Notes: generated by a model not told the origin, from the letters alone. A DNA stretch of 64,000 nt from Nibricoccus sp. (GCA_047602425.1 JASGHG010000001.1:576001-640000), one strand, 5' to 3'. Positions 22,136-32,683 are shown, counted from the stretch's first letter. Program-made: numbers and translations.

Positions 22136-22162
22136 GTATCGGCCCGATTCGCGCAAACTCAA
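22136..22162 (-). promoter_or_regulatory. Candidate sigma28-like promoter of the kinase operon
   Basis: Minus strand TTGA-GTTTGCGCGAATCGG(15)-GCCGATAC. Confidence 0.55.
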
Positions 22163-22220
22163 GCTGTCTCCCCTTTTTGCCCGGATGGGATCTTTAAGTA
22201 ACCGGCAACCGCTCCGCTGT

Positions 22221-23438
22221 CTACACGCTGAAATGCAAAGCCAGCTTGGTCGGTCGGCGAATGGCGGCGCACTCGCCATGGCGCGCAGCGACGTCGTGCG
22301 TGAGCATTTTCTCGATAAAACGCGGGGTTAGCACCACGCCTTCGTTGAACATCGGAATCATGCTGACCGATGACGGCGGAAACGGTCCCGCCAAAATATC
22401 GAGCGCATTGACCGACCCCGGCGCCAACAAACGTCTTTCGCACGGCGCCATCGCCGTGAGCAAACAAAAGGGCAGATTCTCGATCAACAAATCGTAGGAC
22501 CGGTTGGTCGTGGGGACAGGTAGTGGCGGGCTCGATACATCGAGTCGGATCGCACGGGACATCAGCGGCTGCGCCACCTCGCCCGCCCGCACACGCATCA
22601 TGCGCGTAAAACCAATTCCGATCATTCGCGCTTGTTCGGCCATGAAGCCGGTGATTTCCACATCGGTCAGAGGCCGGCGTCCGAGCGAGCGCTCGAATAA
22701 TGCCTGGGCCGAGGCCGAATCACCCACAAGCACCAAATCCAGCCAGGAATCCTGCTCGGGCATCATCAATCCGCTCCAGGCACAGAATTCGCCAAAATGA
22801 AACTCCGGCGGACGCGACCGCGGCGTCACGCCTTGCAAGGCGAGGCGCAATTCCAACAACGCGATCGAAAGCATATAGCGAACTTCGTGATCGCTGAAAT
22901 CCGTCGGCTTCAGCTCGGTTTTTTTGTGGGTAACCGATGGTTTTTCTTCGAGCGCCGGCTCCGGGCGCTCAGCAGCGCCTTGACGCTTGCTGATAAGTTC
23001 GCCCAGCAGGCTGTTGCGCTGGATCAGGGCTTCGTTGGCCTCGATCTGCTTCACCAATTCCTGTTGGTATTCCACCATGCGGCGAGCCACGCGCAGACGG
23101 GCCTGCATTTCGGCCACGTTGAATGGCTTCGAAACAAAATCGTCGGCGCCCGCATCGAGTCCGGCGGCGATCTCTTCCTTGCCGTGTTTGGCGCTCAGCA
23201 TGATGACGTACGGCCGCACCTTGGGCTTGGCCTCGCGAATTTTTCGCAGCACCGCAATGCCGTCCATCCCCGGCAGCATCCAATCCAACAGCACGATCGG
23301 CGGCGCATTCGGTGCAAGCGCTGCGAGCAGACCGTTCGGACCGTCGGTCAAAATTGTCGGCTTATAGCCGGATTTTTCCACGAACATCTTCATGATCCGC
23401 TGGGCAACAGGATCATCATCCACGACAAGGATATTCAT
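22221..23438 (-). CDS. Response regulator with coiled coil and uncharacterised (CheX-like?) C-terminal region
   Basis: ILVVDDD, LLDWMLPGMDG, GADDFVSKPF; the C-terminal region has no GGDEF, EAL or HTH motif. Confidence 0.8.
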   Translation of the reverse strand: MNILVVDDDPVAQRIMKMFVEKSGYKPTILTDGPNGLLAALAPNAPPIVLLDWMLPGMDGIAVLRKIREAKPKVRPYVIMLSAKHGKEEIAAGLDAGADDFVSKPFNVAEMQARLRVARRMVEYQQELVKQIEANEALIQRNSLLGELISKRQGAAERPEPALEEKPSVTHKKTELKPTDFSDHEVRYMLSIALLELRLALQGVTPRSRPPEFHFGEFCAWSGLMMPEQDSWLDLVLVGDSASAQALFERSLGRRPLTDVEITGFMAEQARMIGIGFTRMMRVRAGEVAQPLMSRAIRLDVSSPPLPVPTTNRSYDLLIENLPFCLLTAMAPCERRLLAPGSVNALDILAGPFPPSSVSMIPMFNEGVVLTPRFIEKMLTHDVAARHGECAAIRRPTKLALHFSV

Positions 23439-23724
23439 GGTTTTAAGTGCAAATAGGTCTTGGCCCGGAAGGGAACCGGGCGTTCTCCCCTATTCATCGG
23501 CCGGAAAACGAAAAGCATAAGGATTGATCTTCCAACATTTATCGCAAACCGGGATCGCGCGAGGTCATTACGGCAACTTTCGCTCCGACTTTATTCACCT
23601 AATAGAGAGCGTCTTCCCGGAATCTAAATTCTTCCGCTGGTTCTCGCCTCTCAGCAACCACCCGGTCCCTGCAAACCGGGCTGAATCAATGACAAATTCC
23701 GAGGGAATCTGCTCATTCCCGTAC

Positions 23725-23751
23725 TAAAGCAAACCCGATCCGAGCCGATAT
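23725..23751 (+). promoter_or_regulatory. Sigma28 (FliA/SigD)-type promoter of the pilin operon
   Basis: TAAA-GCAAACCCGATCCGA(15)-GCCGATAT, 30 nt before the pilin ATG. Confidence 0.7.
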
Positions 23752-23780
23752 AAGCCCTACTGAACAAGACCCTTACCTCC

Positions 23781-24464
23781 ATGAAAAACTCCTCGCGTTT
23801 CTCCCTGTCCTCCCGTCGTCAAACTGGATTTAGCCTTGTCGAAATGATCGGTGTGCTGGCGATCATCGCCGTGCTCGCCGTCATCATCGTTCCCAAGGTA
23901 TTCTCCACCATAGCCGCAGCCCGCATCACCAGCGCGGCCAGCTCGGTTGGAGCGGTAAAAACGGCCATCGCCGATTTCGCCGGCAAATATGGGACAATTC
24001 CTCTTACAACCAATAACTCTCGTATCGATGATCTGCTCTTCACCGATGGTCTGATGGAAGGTCGCTTCGTCGTGAAGATCGGCACCCAACCCGCCAATCC
24101 ACCAATCACAGGCGCGACTTGGACACGCGCCGGTGGCGCTTGGAATGAAAACGGTGGCGCCGCTCAGACGACGCAGTCGCGGGTCATTTGCGTAGCATCG
24201 AATCCCGGTGCCGCACCGTCTGCAGCTGCAGGAGCAAATTTTAGACTGACTGGTCTAGCTACGGCCAACCTCCCAGCAGGTGCCCGCGTCGTCTCCGCCG
24301 TGCTCGTGAACGTAACGAGCAACGAAGCCCGCGAAGTAAGTCTGCGCATTGATGGAGAAGCCCTCAGCGCAGGTCTGAATGCCGCGGATAACCTCGGCAA
24401 GGTAGCCTACGCCGCGCCCGTCGCTGGTTTAACCACTGTCTACATCTATATCGCCCACCAATAA
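23781..24464 (+). CDS. Type IV pilin / pseudopilin (probable major subunit)
   Basis: Class III signal RRQTG|FSLVEMIGVLAIIAVLAVIIVP (G-1, F+1, E+5). Confidence 0.9.
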   Translation: MKNSSRFSLSSRRQTGFSLVEMIGVLAIIAVLAVIIVPKVFSTIAAARITSAASSVGAVKTAIADFAGKYGTIPLTTNNSRIDDLLFTDGLMEGRFVVKIGTQPANPPITGATWTRAGGAWNENGGAAQTTQSRVICVASNPGAAPSAAAGANFRLTGLATANLPAGARVVSAVLVNVTSNEAREVSLRIDGEALSAGLNAADNLGKVAYAAPVAGLTTVYIYIAHQ

Positions 24465-24548
24465 TCGCCCAGTCGGCCGTCCTCCAAGGATTTTGCAGGT
24501 TTTGTGAACCGGGCCGGTGTGACAACGCCAGCTCGGTTCCGTGTATAA

Positions 24549-26288
24549 ATGTCCACCGCGAAAATCATCAACCCCGACGGAGAAAAGCCAGTCGATCTGG
24601 CGCGACTGCAATTTGGCCTTCTTTTCGAAAAGTCGCCCACCAAACGACTCGGCGATCGTCTCGTCGAGGCCGGTCTGATCACCCCGCAACAGCTGGAACT
24701 CGCCATACGCGAACAAAAGCGTTCGGGGCTTTTGATGGGCGCGGTGATTCAGAAGTTGGGTCTGGCGACGGAGGAGGATATTTCTCTTTTCCTCGCGCAG
24801 GATTCGCAAACCCCAACCATTGACGTCCTAAAAATCGAGACGGTACCCGAGACCATCGCGCTCGTGCCATACGAATTTTGCAAGGAGGCCGCCATCCTGC
24901 CCTACCGTCACACGCGGGATACGATCACGTTGATCATGGCCGACCCGTTCGATGTGGTGGCCATCGATCGCGTCGAGCAGATGACGCGTTTCAAAGTCGA
25001 CGTCCTCACCGCGCCAAAAGCCAACATTCTCGAAAAGCTCGCCTCCTGCCATGAGCGCGAAGGCTCGCTCGATCAGACAATCGACGAGCTGATGAAAATC
25101 AGCGAGCACAAGCGCGGCGACGACACCTCCGCTCCGATCATTCGCGCCATCGAGCAGATTATCGGCGCCGCGGTGCGAAAATCCGCCAGCGACATCCATT
25201 TCGAACCCGACGAAAAATCGCTGCGCATCCGCATGCGCACCGACGGCATCATGCAGTCCTCCATGCTCGTGCCCAAGGATCTGCAGGATCCTTTTATCGC
25301 GCGCATCAAGGTCATGGCCAACCTCGATGTTTCTGAAACCCGCCTTCCGCAGGACGGCCGTTTCAGTTTCGCACTCGGCCGTCGCGAATTGAATTTCCGC
25401 GTGTCGTGCCTGCCAACCAGCTATGGCGAAAGCGTCGTGCTCCGCATTCTCGATAGCGGCAATCTCCTGCGCAGCATCCGCTCGCTCGGCCTGCGCAAGA
25501 AGGAGGAGGAATGCCTGGGCAGCGCCGTCAACATGCCCCACGGCATTGTCCTCGTCACCGGTCCAACTGGTAGTGGGAAAACCACTACGCTCTACACCGC
25601 CCTTAATGGCGTGAATCGCACCGAGCGCTCCGTCTTCACCCTGGAGGATCCGATCGAATACCGCCTGCCCCAGATCCGCCAGACCCAGATCAACGAAAAA
25701 ATCGGCCTCACCTTCGGCAACGGTCTGCGCACGCTCCTCCGCCAGGACCCCGACGTCATTCTCGTGGGCGAAACGCGCGACACCGAGACCGCCCAGCTCA
25801 TGGTGCGCGCCGCCCTCACCGGCCATCTGGTTTTCAGTTCGCTCCACACGAATGACTCCATCAGCGCCGTTCCCCGTTTGATCGACCTTGGGGTCGAACC
25901 TTTTCTTTTGCCCGCAACGCTGCGGCTGATTATTGCGCAACGCTTGGTTCGTCGTCTTTGTCCGACCTGCCGCGAACCGCTGGTCAATCCGCGCGAACAT
26001 CTCCACACGTTCAACATCCCCGTTTCCGACAACGAAGAGCCGAAACTATGGCGTCCGCGCGGCTGTCCGGAGTGCCGCCAGCAGGGCTACAAGGGCCGCG
26101 TGGCTATCTTCGAAATTTTCGAAGTCGACGACGATTACCATCCCCTGCTCACCAGCGGAAACGTCGAAAAAATGCAGGCTCTCGCACGTGAAAAAGGCAT
26201 GGCCCGCCTCTTCGACGATGGCCTGCGTCGCGCCTACGCCGGCGACACATCGTTGGAGGAAGTCCTGCGCGTCGCCTTCTCTCACTGA
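24549..26288 (+). CDS. GspE/PilB/MshE family assembly ATPase
   Basis: N-terminal RLGDRLVEAGLITPQQLELAI (MshEN-like), ASDIHFEP, GPTGSGKTTTLY, TLEDPIE, LRQDPD, CxxC pairs. Confidence 0.95.
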   Translation: MSTAKIINPDGEKPVDLARLQFGLLFEKSPTKRLGDRLVEAGLITPQQLELAIREQKRSGLLMGAVIQKLGLATEEDISLFLAQDSQTPTIDVLKIETVPETIALVPYEFCKEAAILPYRHTRDTITLIMADPFDVVAIDRVEQMTRFKVDVLTAPKANILEKLASCHEREGSLDQTIDELMKISEHKRGDDTSAPIIRAIEQIIGAAVRKSASDIHFEPDEKSLRIRMRTDGIMQSSMLVPKDLQDPFIARIKVMANLDVSETRLPQDGRFSFALGRRELNFRVSCLPTSYGESVVLRILDSGNLLRSIRSLGLRKKEEECLGSAVNMPHGIVLVTGPTGSGKTTTLYTALNGVNRTERSVFTLEDPIEYRLPQIRQTQINEKIGLTFGNGLRTLLRQDPDVILVGETRDTETAQLMVRAALTGHLVFSSLHTNDSISAVPRLIDLGVEPFLLPATLRLIIAQRLVRRLCPTCREPLVNPREHLHTFNIPVSDNEEPKLWRPRGCPECRQQGYKGRVAIFEIFEVDDDYHPLLTSGNVEKMQALAREKGMARLFDDGLRRAYAGDTSLEEVLRVAFSH

Positions 26289-26293
26289 CGACC

Positions 26294-27493
26294 ATGAGCA
26301 TGTTTCGATATCGTGCCTATAATGCGACTGGGGAGATCGTCCACGGCGCCATCGAGGCCGAGAGTGTGATCGTGGCGGAAAACCGGTTGCGTGCGTCCGG
26401 CATTTGGTTGCTTGAAGCTCGCGAAGGCACGGCGGTTCAAGCCGGCGAAACGCACAACGTCGCCGTCAAGCGTGGCGACCTCATTAATTTCTTTGTGCAG
26501 ATGACGCTTCTGCTGCGCGCCGGCATTCCGATCCCCAATGCAATCGGGCGGCTCGCCGAAGACGCCGAAGGAACACGACTCGGCACGGTCCTCTCCACCG
26601 TCAGCGAACAACTCACACTCGGCGTGCAACTCCATCAGGCGCTCGCCATGTTTCCGCGCAGTTTTCCGCCGCAAGTCGTCGCCATTGTCCACGCCGGCGA
26701 AGTAAGCGGCCATCTCCCCGAATCTTTCGAAGGGTTAAGTAGTTATTACGAATGGTTAGACCGATTGGTCAGCGAAATCCGCCAGGCGCTTATTTATCCG
26801 CTTATGGTGACCGGCGCGGCGTTCGCCCTCGTTATCCTGTTGTTCACTTTTATCGTGCCGCGTTTTGTCAGCCTCCTGACGGAGCTTTCGCTCAGCGTGC
26901 CGACGGTCACCCGCATTACGATCGCGATCAGCAATCTTCTGATCCATGGCTGGCCCTTCATCATCGGTGGCGGCATCGCCTTGTGGGTCGGAATAAAAAT
27001 GGCGCTGCGCGTTCCCCGCTACGCCCAAAAATTCGACCGGGCGCTGATGAAGCTTCCGATTTTCGGCGAACTCATTGCGATGTTCGCACTGTCCCGCTTC
27101 ACGCAGAACCTCGCCATGCTCTACAAGAGCGGCATCACGCTGCTGCGCGGTTTGGAAATTTGCAAAAAACTCGTCGGTAATCACGCCATCGAACAAGCCA
27201 TCGACGAAGTGCGAACGGCCGTTTCTGAAGGCACGCCGTTCAGCAAGAGCCTCGCCAAACACGACGTTTTTCCCCCGACCGTCGTGACCATGATTTCGAC
27301 CGGCGAAACCTCCGGCACCCTCGATGTCGCGCTGCAAAGCGTGGCCGATTTCTACAACAAAATCATCCCACGCCGCATCAAGGTGGTCTTCGCCATCTTC
27401 GATCCAGTGATCATGCTTTCGCTGATCGGCATCGTCGGTTTCGTGGCCATGGCGGTGATTCTTCCCATCCTCCAATTGTGGAACGCGCGATGA
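26294..27493 (+). CDS. GspF/PilC/MshG family platform protein
   Basis: FRYRAYNATGE, GEVSGHL, ALIYP, GETSGTLD, three TM segments. Confidence 0.94.
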   Translation: MSMFRYRAYNATGEIVHGAIEAESVIVAENRLRASGIWLLEAREGTAVQAGETHNVAVKRGDLINFFVQMTLLLRAGIPIPNAIGRLAEDAEGTRLGTVLSTVSEQLTLGVQLHQALAMFPRSFPPQVVAIVHAGEVSGHLPESFEGLSSYYEWLDRLVSEIRQALIYPLMVTGAAFALVILLFTFIVPRFVSLLTELSLSVPTVTRITIAISNLLIHGWPFIIGGGIALWVGIKMALRVPRYAQKFDRALMKLPIFGELIAMFALSRFTQNLAMLYKSGITLLRGLEICKKLVGNHAIEQAIDEVRTAVSEGTPFSKSLAKHDVFPPTVVTMISTGETSGTLDVALQSVADFYNKIIPRRIKVVFAIFDPVIMLSLIGIVGFVAMAVILPILQLWNAR

Positions 27494-28353
27494 AAACAGG
27501 AATTCCACAACCACGCGCAAACCGGGAATCCGCTTTCACCCTGCTCGAAATGATCGGCGTGATCGCGGTCATGGCGATTCTCGCGGCTGCGGTCGCGCCC
27601 AACGCCCTGCGCACCCTCGACCGCAGCGCCGTACGCACCGAGGCCGCCACGCTTCGCAGCGTCGGTGAACAGGTGAAAATTTTCCTCAAAACAAATGGTT
27701 GGCCCCCGGGCTTGAATCCAAACCTCGGCGCCCGCCTCTCGTGGGATCAGGATCTTCGCACCTTTACCGATATCAGTCCGGCCGATCTGCTCACCAATAA
27801 ACGACAAATCAACCGTTCCTATATTTACGAACCCGGCGCGTCTCCTCGGCGAGTACTCATCCTCTCGAGCATGCGCGTGGGTCTCCCTCTCCCCACCGCT
27901 GCCAATCTGAACACAACGGCCCTTTTCGACAATGTCTGGAATACAGCGGATGGTTCGGTTCCTCCGGCCGGCCAGAGTTGGGCGGGCTGGGCCGCGTGGC
28001 GTGCGATCCTTAATGGCACAGCCGGTGAATATCTCGTAATCGAACGCGTCAACCTCGCGCCAATCTACAATACCGAGCTGCAAAATCTCACCTTCGTGCT
28101 TAACAACCGAGGGACCGCTCAGGTCAGTTATAGTTTCATCCTGGCCGATGGAACAACCCAAGGTCCGTTCAACCTCGCGGCGCCCATCGCTCCCGCGACT
28201 AATAATGGCATCAACGTCACCTGTCGGCCGCGAGACCGAATCAATCTCTTCCGTCCTGGCCCCATTCTCGATTATAGCTACGTCGTTCCAACCGGCTCAA
28301 GCGGCCGCACCTTCGATTTCAACAATGCCACCAACTGGGTGCCCCAACCATGA
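27490..28353 (+). CDS. Minor pilin / pseudopilin
   Basis: RESA|FTLLEMIGVIAVMAILAAAVAP; ATGA overlap with the upstream gene. Confidence 0.88.
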   Translation: MKTGIPQPRANRESAFTLLEMIGVIAVMAILAAAVAPNALRTLDRSAVRTEAATLRSVGEQVKIFLKTNGWPPGLNPNLGARLSWDQDLRTFTDISPADLLTNKRQINRSYIYEPGASPRRVLILSSMRVGLPLPTAANLNTTALFDNVWNTADGSVPPAGQSWAGWAAWRAILNGTAGEYLVIERVNLAPIYNTELQNLTFVLNNRGTAQVSYSFILADGTTQGPFNLAAPIAPATNNGINVTCRPRDRINLFRPGPILDYSYVVPTGSSGRTFDFNNATNWVPQP

Positions 28354-29939
28354 GCGACCAGGACGAAATTTCTCGCTTGCTAGCTGAGGCCGCTGCCCAA
28401 ACGGAAGCCGAGCCGCCGCGTACCCAGTCTCCGGATGTACCCACGGCTCTGCCACCCGAACCAGCCCAATTCGCCACACCGGCGTCTGCCCCGGCTCCGG
28501 TCCAGGAACCAGCCGTCATCCGCAAAAACCCATCCAAACTTGGTGCGCGCAACAGCGATCTCCTTGGCTTCGCCTGGCTCAATGGCTCCCTGGATGCCGC
28601 GGTGTTTCACCGTCAAAAAATGACCCGGAGCTGGTCCTGCCCCACGCCCGTGAAAACGGTCGCGGAATTTGAGGCGGTGCTCGACGACGCCCTGACCCAG
28701 CTGGAGTTCGCCGGCAGCGAGACATTTTTGCTGCTCGAAAACGAAGTCTTTCAACACCAGGCCGACGATATTCCCATCTTTGCCGAGAATGCGTTGAAGA
28801 ATTATTTGAAAAGCCGCATCCACCGTCACGAAGCCGAACAGGGCCGCGTGCTTTGGGTGATGCAGCCGCTGATCGCGATGAAACAGGAACAGTCGATCCT
28901 GCTGCATCTGCTGCCCAGGAGTTTTTATACCGAGCTGCACCGCGTGTTGCTCAAACGCCACTTGGACCTCACCCGCATTATTCCCCTGGTTGTTCCGCTT
29001 CAATACGAGCTGAACCGCATCCCTGCGGGAAAAAACACTACGGTTGTGATTGCGGCCGAAGTGGGCACCAGCACGGCCGTCGTAGCAGGGCGTGTCGGCG
29101 GTCCGCTCCTTTTCTCCAGAACCATTCTTGCTGATCTAAACAAGGAACCCGGCCGCGTTGGCGTGGAGGTCAACCGTTCGTTGCTTTACACTAAGCAACA
29201 CTTCGAATCGGTTGCCGCGTCGATCTGGCTCATGGCGCAAAAAGGCGTTTCCGCCGCTTCCGAGCTCCAGGCCAAATGCGGCCCCGGTAAAAAAGTCGTC
29301 GCTCTTCCCGCTACCCCAATCGACTGGTTGCAGACCACCGTGAAACTTTCGCCAAAACAACCGGTGAATCTGCTTTCCCGCTACCTGAAGACGAAGCAGC
29401 GCAACCAGTTTATCCGTGGCGGATTCCTGATCGTGGTCTGGCTCTGGCTGGCCCTGATGATTTCGAATCAGTTCCAATCCTCCGTCGCCTGGCACGCCGA
29501 GAGGGATCAACTCTTCGCCCTGCGGGAACGTGAACCGGCTTTGCACGCCGAGCGCGAGCGGCTTGCCCTCCGCAACCGTGAAACAGAACGCAATCTGAAC
29601 TTTGCGGATCGCGTGACCGCGGATCGCCTGCCCCCGGTTCCGGCCCGCCTTCTCGGCTTCGTCGCCGGACTGCTTCCGGAAAGCGCGCGCTTGGCCGAGT
29701 TCAATGTGCGCTGGGACACCGAGGCCAGCTCATGGATTTTTCAGTTCAGCGGATCGATCGAAGCCGACGACGAAACAGCCCGCACATTGATCGCAAGTTT
29801 GCAGGACCAACTCGCTCGAAGCCCGCTGCGAATTCGCTTCAACGAAACCGCGCGCGTCCTGATGCCGGCGCCAAGCGCTTCGCCCGGCGCCCCCGAAATA
29901 CAACGTTTCAATTTGGAGGGCACGCTCTTTGAAAAATAA
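28350..29939 (+). CDS. PilM-PilN / GspL-like alignment protein
   Basis: Large cytoplasmic region, PVNLL motif, one TM, coiled coil and a periplasmic domain; operon position. Confidence 0.6.
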   Translation: MSDQDEISRLLAEAAAQTEAEPPRTQSPDVPTALPPEPAQFATPASAPAPVQEPAVIRKNPSKLGARNSDLLGFAWLNGSLDAAVFHRQKMTRSWSCPTPVKTVAEFEAVLDDALTQLEFAGSETFLLLENEVFQHQADDIPIFAENALKNYLKSRIHRHEAEQGRVLWVMQPLIAMKQEQSILLHLLPRSFYTELHRVLLKRHLDLTRIIPLVVPLQYELNRIPAGKNTTVVIAAEVGTSTAVVAGRVGGPLLFSRTILADLNKEPGRVGVEVNRSLLYTKQHFESVAASIWLMAQKGVSAASELQAKCGPGKKVVALPATPIDWLQTTVKLSPKQPVNLLSRYLKTKQRNQFIRGGFLIVVWLWLALMISNQFQSSVAWHAERDQLFALREREPALHAERERLALRNRETERNLNFADRVTADRLPPVPARLLGFVAGLLPESARLAEFNVRWDTEASSWIFQFSGSIEADDETARTLIASLQDQLARSPLRIRFNETARVLMPAPSASPGAPEIQRFNLEGTLFEK

Positions 29940-30558
29940 ACTGCGCAGCTTCGCCGTCGATTGTTGGCACATCCTCACCGAAGTGCCGGGCTGGCCCGAT
30001 GCGCCCCGCCAACTCCGTCTTCGACGTCTACTTCCTGCCGTCGTTCCCGTGGCCGCCATCGTGCTCCTCTTCCTCTGGAATCTGGCATGGAATGGCCCGC
30101 GTATCCAAAATCAAAGGACAACGTTTCAACCTCTACTCGCGCTCCAGCAGGAGGTCGCTGATCTGCAGCTCGCCAGTAGCGACACGAAGGCGATAGAAGC
30201 CGCCACACGCGCTTCGGAAGCCGCCAACATGCTCCTCGCACAACCTAAACAGCTTGTGCCCGTACTCGACGAACTGGCGCGAACAGCGCGAGCCAAGGGT
30301 TGGGATGCCACTTTCCAAGCGTTGCCCACGCCAGCCACACCACAACCGGAGGCCCTCCTGCAGTACGTTACCGCCCGCGGCAAACTGGCTCCGACGCCGG
30401 GAAATGCGCAATCGTTTGCCTCACTGCTGGTTCTCCTCGAGCAGTTTTCGCCGCCCAACCGGTCGATTGACCTAACCCGCCTGTCCATTCGTGCCGATGA
30501 ACAGGGCAAGCTCACCGCCGAGGTCTTCCTCCGCGCGGGCTGCCGGATTCCCCAATGA
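29929..30558 (+). CDS. PilO/GspM/MshJ-like protein
   Basis: One TM, coiled coil, 'FASLLVLLEQF..IDLTRLSI'; TTG start overlapping the upstream gene. Confidence 0.55.
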   Translation: MKNKLRSFAVDCWHILTEVPGWPDAPRQLRLRRLLPAVVPVAAIVLLFLWNLAWNGPRIQNQRTTFQPLLALQQEVADLQLASSDTKAIEAATRASEAANMLLAQPKQLVPVLDELARTARAKGWDATFQALPTPATPQPEALLQYVTARGKLAPTPGNAQSFASLLVLLEQFSPPNRSIDLTRLSIRADEQGKLTAEVFLRAGCRIPQ

Positions 30559-31085
30559 GAAAGCTGCTCAATAAACCCTGGTTCGTCATCGCCATGTCCC
30601 TCCTCGCGGTCGGGCTTGCGTGGTCGTCGCTGCGGCCGGCGGATGGCAGTAGCTCGGGACAAACCGCGGCTCTTTCCACCGAACCAATCGACACACCAAT
30701 GGATCAACCGCTGCCCGGCGGTGCCGCGATCAGCACGACGCCGGCCGAGGCGTTGAAACAACTCATCATTTCCAAAACGCCGCGCGATCCCTTTGCCTCC
30801 CGCGAGGCCCAGGCGACCGCTTCGGCCGAGCCGGCCGAGCAGGTGCCCGACCTGCTGGACACCCTTCGACTAACCGGCGTTCTGACCCAAAACGGCGTCA
30901 CCTTTCTGCTGATCAACGACCGCGTCGCCCAGGTTGGCGAAACCATCGGCCGCCTCAAAATCGAATCCGCCAATCAGGACGGAGTCTGGTTAACCCACTG
31001 GAAAGGCCGCGATTTCCTTGAGGTCGGCAAAAGCTTTGTTCTGAAAACCCCGGCCCGCATGCAGCTCCCGGCATCCACTCCGTGA
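30555..31085 (+). CDS. PilP/MshK-like protein
   Basis: N-terminal TM, PRDPF, LRLTGVL..LLINDRVAQVGETIG. Confidence 0.65.
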   Translation: MRKLLNKPWFVIAMSLLAVGLAWSSLRPADGSSSGQTAALSTEPIDTPMDQPLPGGAAISTTPAEALKQLIISKTPRDPFASREAQATASAEPAEQVPDLLDTLRLTGVLTQNGVTFLLINDRVAQVGETIGRLKIESANQDGVWLTHWKGRDFLEVGKSFVLKTPARMQLPASTP

Positions 31086-32683
31086 ATACCATGAATGCTC
31101 GAATATCGCTCACGACAACTTTCCTGACTGCCTTCGCCCTGGCTGTTGCACCCCTTACGTGGGGACAGAACGCTGCCGAACCCTCTCCAACCGCCAGCAT
31201 CATCTCCAGCGCCGGCGCCACCGAACCCACGGCAAATTTCAGCTTCAATGCCAGCGGTGTCCCGATCAAGCAGGCGCTCGCACTCTTCGCCCGGGCCAAC
31301 AATCTGAACATCGTCCCCGACCTCGACATCGAAGGCGAAGTCACGGTGGATTTTCGCGACCTGCCGCTCGACCTTGCGATGGGCGCAATCCTTGAGGCCA
31401 ACGGTTATTATTTTACCCGCGAGGGACGTTTGCTGCGCGTGCGCAATCGTGAATCGCGACTTTTCCACATCGATTATATTCACACCACCCGCACCGGCCA
31501 GGGTTCGAGTGCGGTCCAGATCAGCTCCGGAGCAAACGGAGCCGGCGGCGGAAGCAGCGGAGGAGGCGGTTCGAGCGGCGGTGGTGGTGGCGCAAGCGGT
31601 GGTTTGGGTACCGAAGGCTCAATCATGACGGTCACCAACAACTCCACGATCGATTTTTGGAAGGACCTTTCCGAACAGCTCAAGTCCATGGTCTCGGCCA
31701 AGGGTACTTTCACGATCAACAGCCTGTCCGGCACCGTTCTCGTCAACGATTCTCATCGCAATATTGAAACGATTGCGGAGTACCTCGGCAGCGTGACCAA
31801 GAACATCGTTCGCCAGGTCGATCTGGAAGTTGAAATCTACGAAATCGCCCTCGGTAAATCCGCTCAACTCGGCATTAATTGGCAGCGCATTTCGGAAACG
31901 CTCGATACCACCTTCAATACTATTCCCGGGCAGCTTACTCTCGGCAATGGAGGTGGATTGATTGTGCAAACTCCGCTTTTTGGTCCCACGCCCGGCGACC
32001 CAGGCATTCGCATCCAACACCAGCGGGGTAATACCACGGCAGTCCTCGACGCCCTCGCGCAACAGGGCAGCCTCAAAGTCATTTCACGCCCGCGACTGCG
32101 CACTCTTAACAATCAGCCGTCCGTCGTCCGTGTCGGCCAGGATTTGCCGGTTTTCCTTCGCCAGTCGATCGCCTCCACCGGCGATAATCCCATCGTCACA
32201 ACCAACATCACCATCCAAACCATCACCGTCGGCACGGTGCTTTCCATCACGCCACAGGTTTCGGAGGATGGCCTCATCACTCTCGATATCACGCCCGCGG
32301 TCAGCCGACTTGTCCGCATGGAGACAACCGGCACGGCCGACAATTCCGCGTCCGCACCCGTCATCGATATCCGGCAGGCGTCTTCCATTGTCCGTGTGCG
32401 CGATGGCGCGACGATTGTCATGGGCGGTCTTGTGCAGGACAGCGCCACCACCTCGCGCCGCAAAATCCCCCTGCTCGGCGACATCCCTGTGCTCGGAAAA
32501 GCCTTTACCAGCAAATCCGATGCCTCTGAGCGCACTGAATTAATTTTCTTCGTCACGCCACGCGTCGTGCACGATCTCGCCACCGAACAATCCGTCGTAC
32601 CTAAAAACATGCAGTCCGACGGCAAAAAGGAAAACCTGCTCAGCAAGTTCGACGACTGGCCGAGCACGAAGATTTCGAAGTAA
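31082..32683 (+). CDS. Secretin (MshL/GspD-like)
   Basis: STN-like N domain, Gly/Ser-rich loop, QVDLEVEIYE, LGINW, PRLRTLNNQ, KIPLLGDIPVLG, ELIFFVTP. Confidence 0.93.
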   Translation: MNTMNARISLTTTFLTAFALAVAPLTWGQNAAEPSPTASIISSAGATEPTANFSFNASGVPIKQALALFARANNLNIVPDLDIEGEVTVDFRDLPLDLAMGAILEANGYYFTREGRLLRVRNRESRLFHIDYIHTTRTGQGSSAVQISSGANGAGGGSSGGGGSSGGGGGASGGLGTEGSIMTVTNNSTIDFWKDLSEQLKSMVSAKGTFTINSLSGTVLVNDSHRNIETIAEYLGSVTKNIVRQVDLEVEIYEIALGKSAQLGINWQRISETLDTTFNTIPGQLTLGNGGGLIVQTPLFGPTPGDPGIRIQHQRGNTTAVLDALAQQGSLKVISRPRLRTLNNQPSVVRVGQDLPVFLRQSIASTGDNPIVTTNITIQTITVGTVLSITPQVSEDGLITLDITPAVSRLVRMETTGTADNSASAPVIDIRQASSIVRVRDGATIVMGGLVQDSATTSRRKIPLLGDIPVLGKAFTSKSDASERTELIFFVTPRVVHDLATEQSVVPKNMQSDGKKENLLSKFDDWPSTKISK

